From a virus, in IMG/VR virus record IMGVR_UViG_3300050821_006280, positions 32,001-96,000 of that record: a stretch of 64,000 nt of DNA; one strand, given 5' to 3'. Positions within the stretch are counted from its first letter, which is position 1. Each line of letters opens with the position of its first letter. This document shows, piece by piece, positions 1-8,825 of the stretch. Under the pieces are notes generated by a model. That model was given only the letters and a program-made list of their open reading frames with translations. It had not been told where the DNA came from and did no database searches. Position numbers and translations under genes: made by a program.

Positions 1-37
1 GGCGGGCCTCGGTCAGCTGGATGTCTCTCGCTTCCAT
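1..37 (-). CDS. 5' start of a gene truncated by the window edge (MEARDIQLTEAR...), probably the major capsid protein
   Basis: GGAGG RBS 8 nt before ATG at 37; lies directly downstream of the protease/scaffold gene as T4 gp23 does; product identity is inferred from position only. Confidence 0.5.
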   Translation of the reverse strand, partial: MEARDIQLTEAR

Positions 38-56
38 TGAAATTTCCTCCGTGTTC

Positions 57-1721
57 CTAGTTTGTGATCCCCGAGAGAGCACGGAGCTGCTCTAGCGAGA
101 GCCCGAGCCCGTGGTAATCTTGGGAGTTGCCGTTCTTCGCAGAACCGTTCTGGTTTCCGCGTTCCTCGTGTTCGAGGACTGCTTCACGCGTCTGAGCCGA
201 TCCGGCTAGCTTGCGCACGCGTTCACGTGCTTCTTCGATCGTCACCGGATCGCGACGCGGCTCTCTGAACTTCGAGAGAAGCGTGTCAACATCCTCTTTC
301 GAGCCGATGTTGGCGTTTTCCAGGAGAACGCGGACTTCGCCAGCGCGAGGGTGATTCGCCAAGCGCTGCTCGACGTAGGTCTGGAGGCTGAGCTGCTTCG
401 TTGCCTCCAAAGCCTTTTCTGTCGCGAGGCGGAGTTTCTTGTTCTCCTCCTCCAGCCGCATGATCTCGGAATCACGCTCCTCCTTCTGCGAAGCGGTCTT
501 CTGGATTTCCTCAACGATCGCTTCAACCTTGGCGTTGATCGCCTCGACCGACTCGTAGACCTTCACGTCACCGACGAGCTTGCGAATCAGCTCTGCCTGT
601 GGAATCCCATGGAGCAGACCTTCGAGATGGAAGCGGTAGCCGGCTTCCTTGGCAATAGCGGCGAGCTTTTCGTTCTCCTCTGCCAGCTTCACCATCTTCA
701 GCTCTTGCTCGGCAAGCTTCGACTGAAGGGCCTCGATCTGCTGTTCTTTGGTCTTCACCACCGACTCGACATCCGATGGGATCACGAACGGCCGGAGCAT
801 CTCCTTGACCTGCTCCAACGCTGCCTTGGCACCTGCAACAGCTGGATCGCTGAGAAGCTTGTTGCGCTCCTCTTGGGCAATCTGCTCGCGTGCATCGGCA
901 AGAGCCTGCTGGAGTTGCTCAGCAAAGGTTCCACGAAGATCGCTTGCAGCTTCCTGACGTGCTGCTGTGATCTTTTTCGCCCAGATATCCGCGCCCTTCT
1001 TCTCGTACTCACGCTCCGCGTCGTGCATGAACGACTCGTACAGCGCGGGATTCTCCTTGCGGAGCTTCTCCAGGGTCAGATCCTTGCTCATCACTGCCTC
1101 CACCTGGACCGTTTCCGGCCGCGGCTTAGTCGTCGTCTTGGTGATCGTCACGGGTGCTGACGGCTTTGCTTCCACCACGTTTGCAGGCTCAGACTTCTTC
1201 GCTTCCGCGTGAATCGTCGGATACGAAGTGACATTGGCCGGCTCAGCCACGAAATCGAAAGTCATGAGCCGGTAGTCTTCCTGCACTACATCCTCACCCT
1301 TCATGTTCGGGCGAGTTGTTCCAAAACCACGCGAAGACACACCGACCTGTCCACTCGCGTCAAGGATCGCTTTCAGGTTTCGACCTTCAGCGGTATCGAG
1401 GATCTCTGCCTCGCCCACCACCACGCCGTTCTCCATATGGAGACCAGTAATGATGTGCGAGACACGCTTGAGCTGGGTACGTCCGTCCATCGGGTGATCC
1501 AGCTCGCCATAAACTTTGCGTTCTTGGATCGACTTCGAGAGACGAGAGAGTTCACGCTCCCAGAGCTTCAGTGGGTAGACACGCTTGTTCTCAGTAGCGA
1601 GATCCGCCCGCGCGAATTCACCTCGGGCGACGATCCTTGGACGACCGCCTCCCTTGCTACTGTTGTCCTCAAGGAGCTGCACCTTGAAGTTCAGCGTGTC
1701 GACGAGAAGTTTCTTTTCCAT
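57..1721 (-). CDS. T4 gp21-like prohead core protease fused to a coiled-coil scaffold (gp22-like) region
   Basis: Motifs NKRVY, YGELDHP, VGVSSRGFG and TFDFVAEPA; C-terminal ~350 aa is an E/K/A-rich coiled coil; ATG at 1721 preferred over the start at 1736. Confidence 0.9.
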   Translation of the reverse strand: MEKKLLVDTLNFKVQLLEDNSSKGGGRPRIVARGEFARADLATENKRVYPLKLWERELSRLSKSIQERKVYGELDHPMDGRTQLKRVSHIITGLHMENGVVVGEAEILDTAEGRNLKAILDASGQVGVSSRGFGTTRPNMKGEDVVQEDYRLMTFDFVAEPANVTSYPTIHAEAKKSEPANVVEAKPSAPVTITKTTTKPRPETVQVEAVMSKDLTLEKLRKENPALYESFMHDAEREYEKKGADIWAKKITAARQEAASDLRGTFAEQLQQALADAREQIAQEERNKLLSDPAVAGAKAALEQVKEMLRPFVIPSDVESVVKTKEQQIEALQSKLAEQELKMVKLAEENEKLAAIAKEAGYRFHLEGLLHGIPQAELIRKLVGDVKVYESVEAINAKVEAIVEEIQKTASQKEERDSEIMRLEEENKKLRLATEKALEATKQLSLQTYVEQRLANHPRAGEVRVLLENANIGSKEDVDTLLSKFREPRRDPVTIEEARERVRKLAGSAQTREAVLEHEERGNQNGSAKNGNSQDYHGLGLSLEQLRALSGITN

Positions 1722-1886
1722 CAGTCCTTCCGCCACCTGAATCGCCCACGCATCTGAAGTCTCGCGATTGGCGATTTGCTCTGATTCGTTACCCGACGCT
1801 TTACTTGTCCAACGTCAGGCTTCTCGTACCCGATCAACTCCTGGCGACCGGAGGAGTACTGAGTTCTCCTCCCGCGCTGCCATTCG

Positions 1887-3353
1887 TTAGTAGGCTCCTT
1901 CTTCCTCGCCTTTCCGAAAGGGCGCTTTGTGGCCCCCCATCATCGAATCGCGCTTGGACTTGAGGGCATGCATCTTCGCCATCATGTCCTGACGATCACC
2001 ATCGGTATCACCCTCTGGTGATGTGTCATCGTCGCCATCGTGATCGGGATCGCGGTCATCCATCCCGTCATCGTCGCCACCGGCAGCCATTCCATCCTCG
2101 CCGCCATCCTCACCGTCGCCTTCGGCTCCATCGCCCTCGGCATGGTGATGGTGATGAACATCGGAATGGTGATGGATATGGACGTGCGCTCCACCCTCTT
2201 CTCCATCCTGACCATCTTCATCGCCCTGGCCGTCGTCGGCCATGCGCGGATCTTCTTCGTCCTCGTCGTCTGTCGCTGCGTGACCTAGGGCGCCACCTGC
2301 GGCAGCTCCGACTGGACCACCAGCCATTGCTCCGAGCCCAGCGCCGACAGCTGTTCCGAGTGCGCCTTCTTCCTGCTCGCCCTCGTCAAGAGCGGAGTCG
2401 TACGCCTCAAGCGCATCCATGAGCTTGTCGACCATTGCCGAGAAGACCTTCTCCGCCTGCTCCTTGAATGCCGGTGACGGAATGTCATATGGCTTCTCTG
2501 GATCATGGTCCTTGGCCGACTCTTCCTCGGTCTCGTCCATGTCCTCGACGTGCTCATACTCGTCGGCAGCCGAATTCTTGATGGCAGCGTTCTCGTCACC
2601 GTCATCGCCGACATGAGTCATCTCGGTTTCGACGATATCGATCGCCTCAGCGGCAGCCCGCGAAAGCTCCTCCATCTCCGAAACGAGCTTCTCGACGTGA
2701 TAAACGTCAGCCATCTCCGTAAGGCGATCGGCGAGGAGAGCCGCGTCTTCACTGACAAGACGGAAACCGCGCATCAGGTTGTCTACGGCTTCGTCGATCT
2801 GGACTCCGCGAAGCAGCCCGGTGACCTCTTCGATCAGCGTCGCAGCCTTACCCAGAGTACCTACGCTCTCCATCCGAGAGCTGGTCTTGCTCATGCCACC
2901 AATCTTCTTGGCCGGCTTGAGACCCTGAGCAACCGCAGGTGCTTGTCCCTTTCCCTTACCCTTGGGATGGACATTCTTCTTGGCGAGCATGTAGCCCTTG
3001 TTCTCGCCCTTGATCGAAGCTTCCTTCCCTCCAGGAACCTTGTGATAGCTGCCCTTGGACTTGTGAGCGCCCTTCGAGCCACCATCCTCGATCGGATCCA
3101 TGACTGCCGAATCGTCGTCGTCAGGACCCATCGCCGGCTTCGGCTGCTTTGCCGTCTTGTGGTTCGCAGACTTGTCTCCGCCGCTGGTATCCAGACCAGG
3201 AAGCGTCGATGGTTCGGGTGATGGGATGTCTCTCGGCTTGGCCGGATCATCCACTTCGGACAGCTGCTTGCCCTCATTCAAAGGCGGAAGCAATCCGATC
3301 TTGCGGAAGTCTTCTTCGACGGTGGTGAGAATTCTTGGATATCTGTGGATCAT
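1887..3353 (-). CDS. Acidic, low-complexity, His-rich putative head/core protein; candidate +1 frameshift extension
   Basis: 488-aa ORF between portal and protease; D/E/G/H-rich; L-x-E motifs near the N-terminus. Confidence 0.7.
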   Translation of the reverse strand: MIHRYPRILTTVEEDFRKIGLLPPLNEGKQLSEVDDPAKPRDIPSPEPSTLPGLDTSGGDKSANHKTAKQPKPAMGPDDDDSAVMDPIEDGGSKGAHKSKGSYHKVPGGKEASIKGENKGYMLAKKNVHPKGKGKGQAPAVAQGLKPAKKIGGMSKTSSRMESVGTLGKAATLIEEVTGLLRGVQIDEAVDNLMRGFRLVSEDAALLADRLTEMADVYHVEKLVSEMEELSRAAAEAIDIVETEMTHVGDDGDENAAIKNSAADEYEHVEDMDETEEESAKDHDPEKPYDIPSPAFKEQAEKVFSAMVDKLMDALEAYDSALDEGEQEEGALGTAVGAGLGAMAGGPVGAAAGGALGHAATDDEDEEDPRMADDGQGDEDGQDGEEGGAHVHIHHHSDVHHHHHAEGDGAEGDGEDGGEDGMAAGGDDDGMDDRDPDHDGDDDTSPEGDTDGDRQDMMAKMHALKSKRDSMMGGHKAPFRKGEEEGAY

Positions 3354-3389
3354 TTGGCGATTCCTCTCCTGTTTCCGTCGCTTGGTGGA

Positions 3390-4358
3390 CTACTTGGCCT
3401 CAGTGAAACGCTTTGACATATGCTCGACAAATGTCCCAGCGATCTCGTAGTCAGTCAGCGCTTCAGCAAGCGCGTCATGGATCTGTCCGAGGCACATGAC
3501 GCACTGCTCATTCTTGAGAGCGAAGGCCAGATGTTCCCGGGCCTCCTGAAGATCCTCGAAGTAGTCATTTGCAAAGCTCTCGAACTGCTGAAGAACCTGA
3601 TCGTCCTCCGCGGTCCGAGTCACGTTCGCAATCGACTCCGCAAACGGGAGGAATGCCGTCTCTGCTCCCGTTTGAACCTTATCAAGACGGTCGGCAATCA
3701 CGCCGAGATCCATCCCAACAGCATCACGATAGGACTCGAACTTCTCTTCTGGGATCGTTCCGTCGTAGAGGGGGACGTACTTCGCATCAACCTTCCGAGC
3801 GACAAAAGCCTCAGCAAGATCTTTGATCTCTGCCGAGATTGCTTCCTTCTGCTCGGAATAGATGGAACGCCATTGCCGGCTTGTCTGATTCAGGTGATTG
3901 CGGATGATGTCGGTGAGACTCTCTTCTCCCGTCTCAACTGCCTCCTCTAGCTTAACCAGCGCCAGCAAGCGCTCACGCGACTCTGTCTTGTTCCCAGCGA
4001 GAATCGCGTCAACTGCACCAAGGGCATACTCACGGATGTAGTCTCCCGCGTTGCTGCTCTCAACAACCGGAACATCGAGTCTCTCTGGGAGACCCATCTT
4101 GATCCGACCGTTCACATCTTCGTACTTCGCTTTGAAGTATTGGCCGTCCTCAGTGCCAACCAATACGTGACTCTGAAACGTTGCCAGGCGCGCAACATCA
4201 ACTTCGCGCTTGCCGACGAACATGTGTCGGTTCTCTGCAATCGTATCGTCGAGTCGGAAAGAGAGATGCTCGAATGAGCCACGCGACAACTCGCGGAGCA
4301 CATCCACCGGCACCATCTTCTGTGACCCTGAAGTTGCCGCTCTCGTTTTATCGCCCAT
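3390..4358 (-). CDS. Hypothetical head-module protein
   Basis: 322-aa ORF downstream of the portal, with its own promoter-like box. Confidence 0.7.
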   Translation of the reverse strand: MGDKTRAATSGSQKMVPVDVLRELSRGSFEHLSFRLDDTIAENRHMFVGKREVDVARLATFQSHVLVGTEDGQYFKAKYEDVNGRIKMGLPERLDVPVVESSNAGDYIREYALGAVDAILAGNKTESRERLLALVKLEEAVETGEESLTDIIRNHLNQTSRQWRSIYSEQKEAISAEIKDLAEAFVARKVDAKYVPLYDGTIPEEKFESYRDAVGMDLGVIADRLDKVQTGAETAFLPFAESIANVTRTAEDDQVLQQFESFANDYFEDLQEAREHLAFALKNEQCVMCLGQIHDALAEALTDYEIAGTFVEHMSKRFTEAK

Positions 4359-4371
4359 CGATGTGATGGCG

Positions 4372-4401
4372 ATACTATTGGAACGATCAAAACACTGTCA
4401 A
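4372..4401 (-). promoter_or_regulatory. sigma70-type promoter TTGACA-N18-TAGTAT
   Basis: Hexamers read directly upstream of 3390..4358. Confidence 0.55.
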
Positions 4402-4411
4402 ACTAACGATA

Positions 4412-6241
4412 TCATCGATTATTCGAGTAACCGTTACGCGGCATCGAGTGGCGAAGCTCGTGTACTAATTCGCCCAACTCGCCGAGTCTATTAGCCATTC
4501 CACGATTGGACTTCAACACTTTTTCCATGTTGTCCTCCATCCGTTTCTCGTGATCTCGATTCCCGGCCATCAAATCTTTCTCAGTGATTGGCTGATAACC
4601 GGCCAATTGTCTCTTTAGTGGCCACATACGGGACAAAGAGCCTGCTTCGCGCATGTAGGCGCGTGCTTCTTCGGCCTGAACCGTTCCCGGCTTTGCAGTC
4701 ATCGCGTTTTGCAGCGGACCCATGCCGGCCATCTGTGCTTGTTGCTGCGCCTGGACAGCACCCTGAACCTGCAACTGCATGCCTCCAGCCTTCGCTTGGA
4801 TCTCGGCATCAGCGAGCATTTCTTCATGCCGTTGCTTGATGATGTATTCAATCTCGTGATCGCTAAGTCCGAATATCTTCTGGAGAATCCAATGCAGAGA
4901 AACAAACTGAGACATACGCCCTGCGAAGTCTGCCTTGGCGTTCCGAACCTCCAGCTGAGCCAGCTCAAAGATCGAGCTAGGCACGGTCATATAGATGTTG
5001 TAGTCGACCGCCGCGGGGTTGATATTCAGTGCTGCAAGGTGAACTCGCGCGACCTTAGAAAGTCCATTCCGTAGTTCTCGCTGTAAACGCAGGACTGTGC
5101 GAGCAAACCGAACGTCCTCCTGCGAAAGAACTCCTTTGCCGGTGGACTCTGCAAATCCGAGATATGTCTTCGGTACCTTGATCGCCGCGAAAAGCTTGAG
5201 ACGAAAATACTCGATGTCGTCCATGTGCTGCCAGGACGGTGATCCGAGCACGTCGATTCGTGTTCCCTGAACTCCCTTTCGGATTGGCAAGAAGAAGTCT
5301 TCATCTTGCGAAAGGGGATTGAATTTCAGGTCCAGCTTCCCCGTGGACGGATTGTAGAACTTCGTCTTCTTGTATTGCTGGCGAACCTTGTTGAGATACG
5401 CGAAGGCTTCCTTCGGAGGGAGATCGCCAACATCAACATAGAAGGCATACCGCTCAGGAGCGCGCTGAAGGCGATAGACCATGGCCGCGTCTTCGAGCAG
5501 CATCAGGCGCTTCCAAATCCATCGTGCAGGCTCTAAAACCGAGTGCCCGTAGATAGACCGCCGATGCTTGGATCGCATACGCATGTGGACAACTTCCCAG
5601 TCCTCAAGCGCAGCCATTTTCTCCCAGCCTTGGCCAGTTTCTCCGTACGCAGTACGCTGCGCCAAAATCTGCTTGAACTCATCTGGCGAGTATCCAAACC
5701 GACCTTTGAAGTCCTGGATAAAGCCAAACAGCTCTCCTCTGCGACCCTCAATACGTCGCATCGTTGGAGGAGGCAGAAAGTTGAGTCCTACGACACCATC
5801 ATTCGCAACGAGCAATTCCTCATAGTCGTTCCCGTACTTCACCAACGTGCGCGCCATCGACCAGATTTCTTCGTCGATGCGGAGCCGACGCTCCATTAAG
5901 TCGGTAATGATGGTCTCGATGGTCTTGTCTTGTGAATCACACCAGACAGTGCGGTTCTGAAGCGATTCATTCTGTGTGGCGTCGTCGGCGTAGATGTCGA
6001 TCGCAGATGCTAGTTCTGGATAGTCATCCATCTCCTCGTAGTCGACGAACCTCGCCATGAGGTCATGTTCGAGCTTGAGGTAATCAGAAAGTACGTCATA
6101 GCCATAGGCCTGAAGAAGATCGAAACCTGTCTGTGGATATGTAGAAGCCGTACCACCCTTAGCGAGCTGGAGAACAACCTTCTCTTTGTCCCATTGGAGA
6201 AGACTGCGAACCCGACCTGATACAGTTCCCCAGAAGCCCAT
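4412..6241 (-). CDS. Portal protein, T4 gp20-like
   Basis: Motifs LEDAAMVYRLQRAPERYAFYVDVGDLP, EDFFLPIRKG, DDIEYF and EDVRFARTVLRLQ. Confidence 0.93.
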   Translation of the reverse strand: MGFWGTVSGRVRSLLQWDKEKVVLQLAKGGTASTYPQTGFDLLQAYGYDVLSDYLKLEHDLMARFVDYEEMDDYPELASAIDIYADDATQNESLQNRTVWCDSQDKTIETIITDLMERRLRIDEEIWSMARTLVKYGNDYEELLVANDGVVGLNFLPPPTMRRIEGRRGELFGFIQDFKGRFGYSPDEFKQILAQRTAYGETGQGWEKMAALEDWEVVHMRMRSKHRRSIYGHSVLEPARWIWKRLMLLEDAAMVYRLQRAPERYAFYVDVGDLPPKEAFAYLNKVRQQYKKTKFYNPSTGKLDLKFNPLSQDEDFFLPIRKGVQGTRIDVLGSPSWQHMDDIEYFRLKLFAAIKVPKTYLGFAESTGKGVLSQEDVRFARTVLRLQRELRNGLSKVARVHLAALNINPAAVDYNIYMTVPSSIFELAQLEVRNAKADFAGRMSQFVSLHWILQKIFGLSDHEIEYIIKQRHEEMLADAEIQAKAGGMQLQVQGAVQAQQQAQMAGMGPLQNAMTAKPGTVQAEEARAYMREAGSLSRMWPLKRQLAGYQPITEKDLMAGNRDHEKRMEDNMEKVLKSNRGMANRLGELGELVHELRHSMPRNGYSNNR

Positions 6242-6252
6242 CTATGGTGTCC

Positions 6253-6558
6253 TCACAGTGCATCCTCGCCGAGCCGTGCTAAAACAACTCTCGCGATCCA
6301 GCACCAGCCACTCGCCACGGTCCCTGCGACCGCAACGTCCATCCATCGAGACAGGTGGCTGCCAGGACCAAGCCCCAACAGGCACCAAACGGTTCCGACC
6401 CAGAGGCCCATACACATGGGACACTTGATCCAGTAGCCGAGAACCTTCGATCTCCGATCGAGTAACTTCCTAAGCCACTCGAAGATCTTACCTGAGGTTA
6501 CAATATTCGTAACCCCGTATGACGCTAGAAGAAAGATCAGAAGCTGCATTTGATTCAA
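6253..6558 (-). CDS. DUF1360-like small membrane protein
   Basis: Hydrophobic segments plus IFEWLR...CPMCMGLWVG. Confidence 0.6.
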   Translation of the reverse strand: MNQMQLLIFLLASYGVTNIVTSGKIFEWLRKLLDRRSKVLGYWIKCPMCMGLWVGTVWCLLGLGPGSHLSRWMDVAVAGTVASGWCWIARVVLARLGEDAL

Positions 6559-6588
6559 TAGATAAGCCGACCCGAATTAACGGATCGG

Positions 6589-6663
6589 CTATCGTATGCA
6601 ACCGTTCTTGCAGCGGCGGACTGGTCGGAGCAAGCGTTTGCGCGGAGTCGAGTACTGATTCAT
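6589..6663 (-). CDS. Possible 24-aa basic peptide MNQYSTPRKRLLRPVRRCKNGCIR
   Basis: ATGA overlap with the upstream stop codon and a GAAGGAG RBS. Confidence 0.3.
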   Translation of the reverse strand: MNQYSTPRKRLLRPVRRCKNGCIR

Positions 6664-6965
6664 TTTTTGTCGTCTCCTTCAGCGACGGAAACGATACTAA
6701 CCGCCTCGACGGGAATCGGCTCGTGATTACCGAAATCGGCTGGCTTTGGCGAGTCAAGCAATGCGCGCTGATCGCGTTCCGTAACTGGCTTCATCGCTAG
6801 CTTGATCGTATTTGGATCCAATGCTGCTCGTAAGATAGAGCCACTGGAATCTCTAGGACTTTTTTCGACAGTCGTCTGCGGATCTACGGAGCAATATGCC
6901 TCCGTGCGCACGTTCTCCACTGTCTTGTGCTTAAACTCGTCGTTCGATACTGGTTTGTCCATCAA
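6660..6965 (-). CDS. Hypothetical protein
   Basis: ORF in operon context. Confidence 0.55.
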   Translation of the reverse strand: MMDKPVSNDEFKHKTVENVRTEAYCSVDPQTTVEKSPRDSSGSILRAALDPNTIKLAMKPVTERDQRALLDSPKPADFGNHEPIPVEAVSIVSVAEGDDKK

Positions 6966-6992
6966 TCGGACAATACCATTGAGAGGATCTAA

Positions 6993-7313
6993 CTACCAGG
7001 CTTCGATCTCAAAGGCGCCGTTTCCACCAGAGCCCCGAACTGAAATCCCACCCTCGTGACGATCGAAATAGAAGTATTCGTTTCCTGCTGGCACACGGCC
7101 ATGGACGTTTTGTCCATCAAACGAGAACTCAATATCGGCCGTTGTTGCAACGATACGAAGACCCTGAGACCACGCCTGACCACCGCTTCCATTCGGATGA
7201 ACGAACAGGAACGCATTATCAGTAAAGTTTGCTGTCGTCGTCCCGGTCGCCGCGAACCGAAGCGAGTACATATTGGTTGGGATTGGCGGCGGCCAACCAG
7301 TGGGGAATGGCAT
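6993..7313 (-). CDS. Hypothetical beta-rich (possibly structural) protein
   Basis: AGGAG RBS; 106 aa. Confidence 0.65.
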   Translation of the reverse strand: MPFPTGWPPPIPTNMYSLRFAATGTTTANFTDNAFLFVHPNGSGGQAWSQGLRIVATTADIEFSFDGQNVHGRVPAGNEYFYFDRHEGGISVRGSGGNGAFEIEAW

Positions 7314-7326
7314 CGGTCAGTGCTCC

Positions 7327-7713
7327 TTAGCCGTTGAGCGCAGAAGGAACAGCTGTCGGTGGAGTCACAAGCTTCGACAGAGTTGCATCGACCAGCTTCG
7401 ACAACGAATCGCCAGCCTTCTGCTCTAGGTTGTGCTGCGCCAGTTCAGTGTTGACGAAGTCAATGACGGACTTCAGCTTCTGCTCACTTGGAGTTTTCGG
7501 TTTTCCAGCCTTGACTGCATTCTGCGATGCTTTCTCGGCAGCGAGGATTCCCTTCGTCACGAGATCCTGCACCTTGTCTTCGTAGGCCATCGCAGCGTCG
7601 AGATGGAACTTCTTGGCCAGCGCCGTGAATAGATCACGGGCAAGCACCAGAACTACTGGCGTTGCGATGGTGAATACGATCGGAATCAAGTTCTCCAGAA
7701 TCATCTTGAGCAT
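7327..7713 (-). CDS. Putative holin, LL-H family-like
   Basis: N-terminal TM helix, then the GILAAEK...SEQKLKSVIDFVNTEL pattern. Confidence 0.55.
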   Translation of the reverse strand: MLKMILENLIPIVFTIATPVVLVLARDLFTALAKKFHLDAAMAYEDKVQDLVTKGILAAEKASQNAVKAGKPKTPSEQKLKSVIDFVNTELAQHNLEQKAGDSLSKLVDATLSKLVTPPTAVPSALNG

Positions 7714-7725
7714 GAACAGCTCCTC

Positions 7726-7992
7726 TTATGACTTTCGTCGTCTCACCACAAGCGCTGGCTGAATCCGAGGTCTTTGTTCAGAAACCGGCTCTTTCTTCGC
7801 TTGATCGGCATTGCGAAGATACTGCAAAAGTGCCGTTTGGAAAACCTGGGCTGCCGTGCATCCCTCTTTTGCCGCCTGATCAGATATCAATCTATAAGTC
7901 GAAGCTGGAAGCACAAGAAACATGAATTCTGTCTCGGGTGCTTCACCAAGAATTTGGCTAGCCTCTCGAAGCGGCTCGCCTTTCACCTTCAC
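7726..7992 (-). CDS. Ribbon-helix-helix (CopG-like) DNA-binding protein
   Basis: FLVLPASTYRLISDQAAKEGCTAAQVFQTALLQYL; GTG start overlaps the upstream stop. Confidence 0.5.
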   Translation of the reverse strand: MKVKGEPLREASQILGEAPETEFMFLVLPASTYRLISDQAAKEGCTAAQVFQTALLQYLRNADQAKKEPVSEQRPRIQPALVVRRRKS

Positions 7993-8822
7993 GATCCGCC
8001 TCCGACCGGAGCTGGTGTCCCAATAGCTCCAGAACCACCATCTCGTTTTGCTGCAAATGGAACGGGGTCGCTCATGTACCACTGGATGCCCATCTCCAAT
8101 AGACGGACTTCTGCCGGATCCATTTGCGGCATCTTTACTGCCGCACGCTGGAAAGCTGCCTGGAGGATTGCTCCGGTCGGAATCGTTTTGTCTTTCGACA
8201 TGATCTCTAGCGCAGCCTTCCAAACCCGCCACGCCCCTTCACTCCGAAAGCCGAGGCCAGGAGATTTCGCCGGATCGTAAATTCCGCCCTGAGGCTGTCC
8301 ATCGCTATTATTCGAGAACCCAGGACCACCAATCGTTGGACCACCCTGGCGAATATTGACGCTGAGCGGATTCGGGACGGCAAATCCTGTCCATGCTACT
8401 GCACCTGCGCCGCTGCCCCCGGAAAACTCCAATAATCCCAACGAACGCCTCATCTCATGAATGACCCTGACCTTAGACGGCGGCACCCAGGAGGAACCCA
8501 TAGCTCCGCCACCAGGCCCAGCCCCAGCTCCGCCGGCTCCAGCTCCGCTGCCAGATGGAGATGCGCCACCAGCCGCTGGCGCATCGTCAGCGTCATGATC
8601 TCCGTCGTTGCCCGAATACGATCCAGGAGTCTTCGGGGTTCCAAGGCTTCCGCGATAGAACAGAGGAGCAAATGCCGCCGTATAGTGTTTTCTCTTCTTT
8701 TTCTTTGACTTAGTCTCTTCCTTCTTCTCTTCTTGGAAATCTGGCTCGAACACTTGGGCCTGCCGCGCTGATCTTGCAGCGCGATTAAGAACGCTTCCGA
8801 GGTTGTCGAATGAAATCGCCAT
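7989..8822 (-). CDS. Hypothetical Gly-rich protein
   Basis: 277-aa ORF directly after terL. Confidence 0.65.
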   Translation of the reverse strand: MAISFDNLGSVLNRAARSARQAQVFEPDFQEEKKEETKSKKKKRKHYTAAFAPLFYRGSLGTPKTPGSYSGNDGDHDADDAPAAGGASPSGSGAGAGGAGAGPGGGAMGSSWVPPSKVRVIHEMRRSLGLLEFSGGSGAGAVAWTGFAVPNPLSVNIRQGGPTIGGPGFSNNSDGQPQGGIYDPAKSPGLGFRSEGAWRVWKAALEIMSKDKTIPTGAILQAAFQRAAVKMPQMDPAEVRLLEMGIQWYMSDPVPFAAKRDGGSGAIGTPAPVGGGS

Positions 8823-8825
8823 TGT

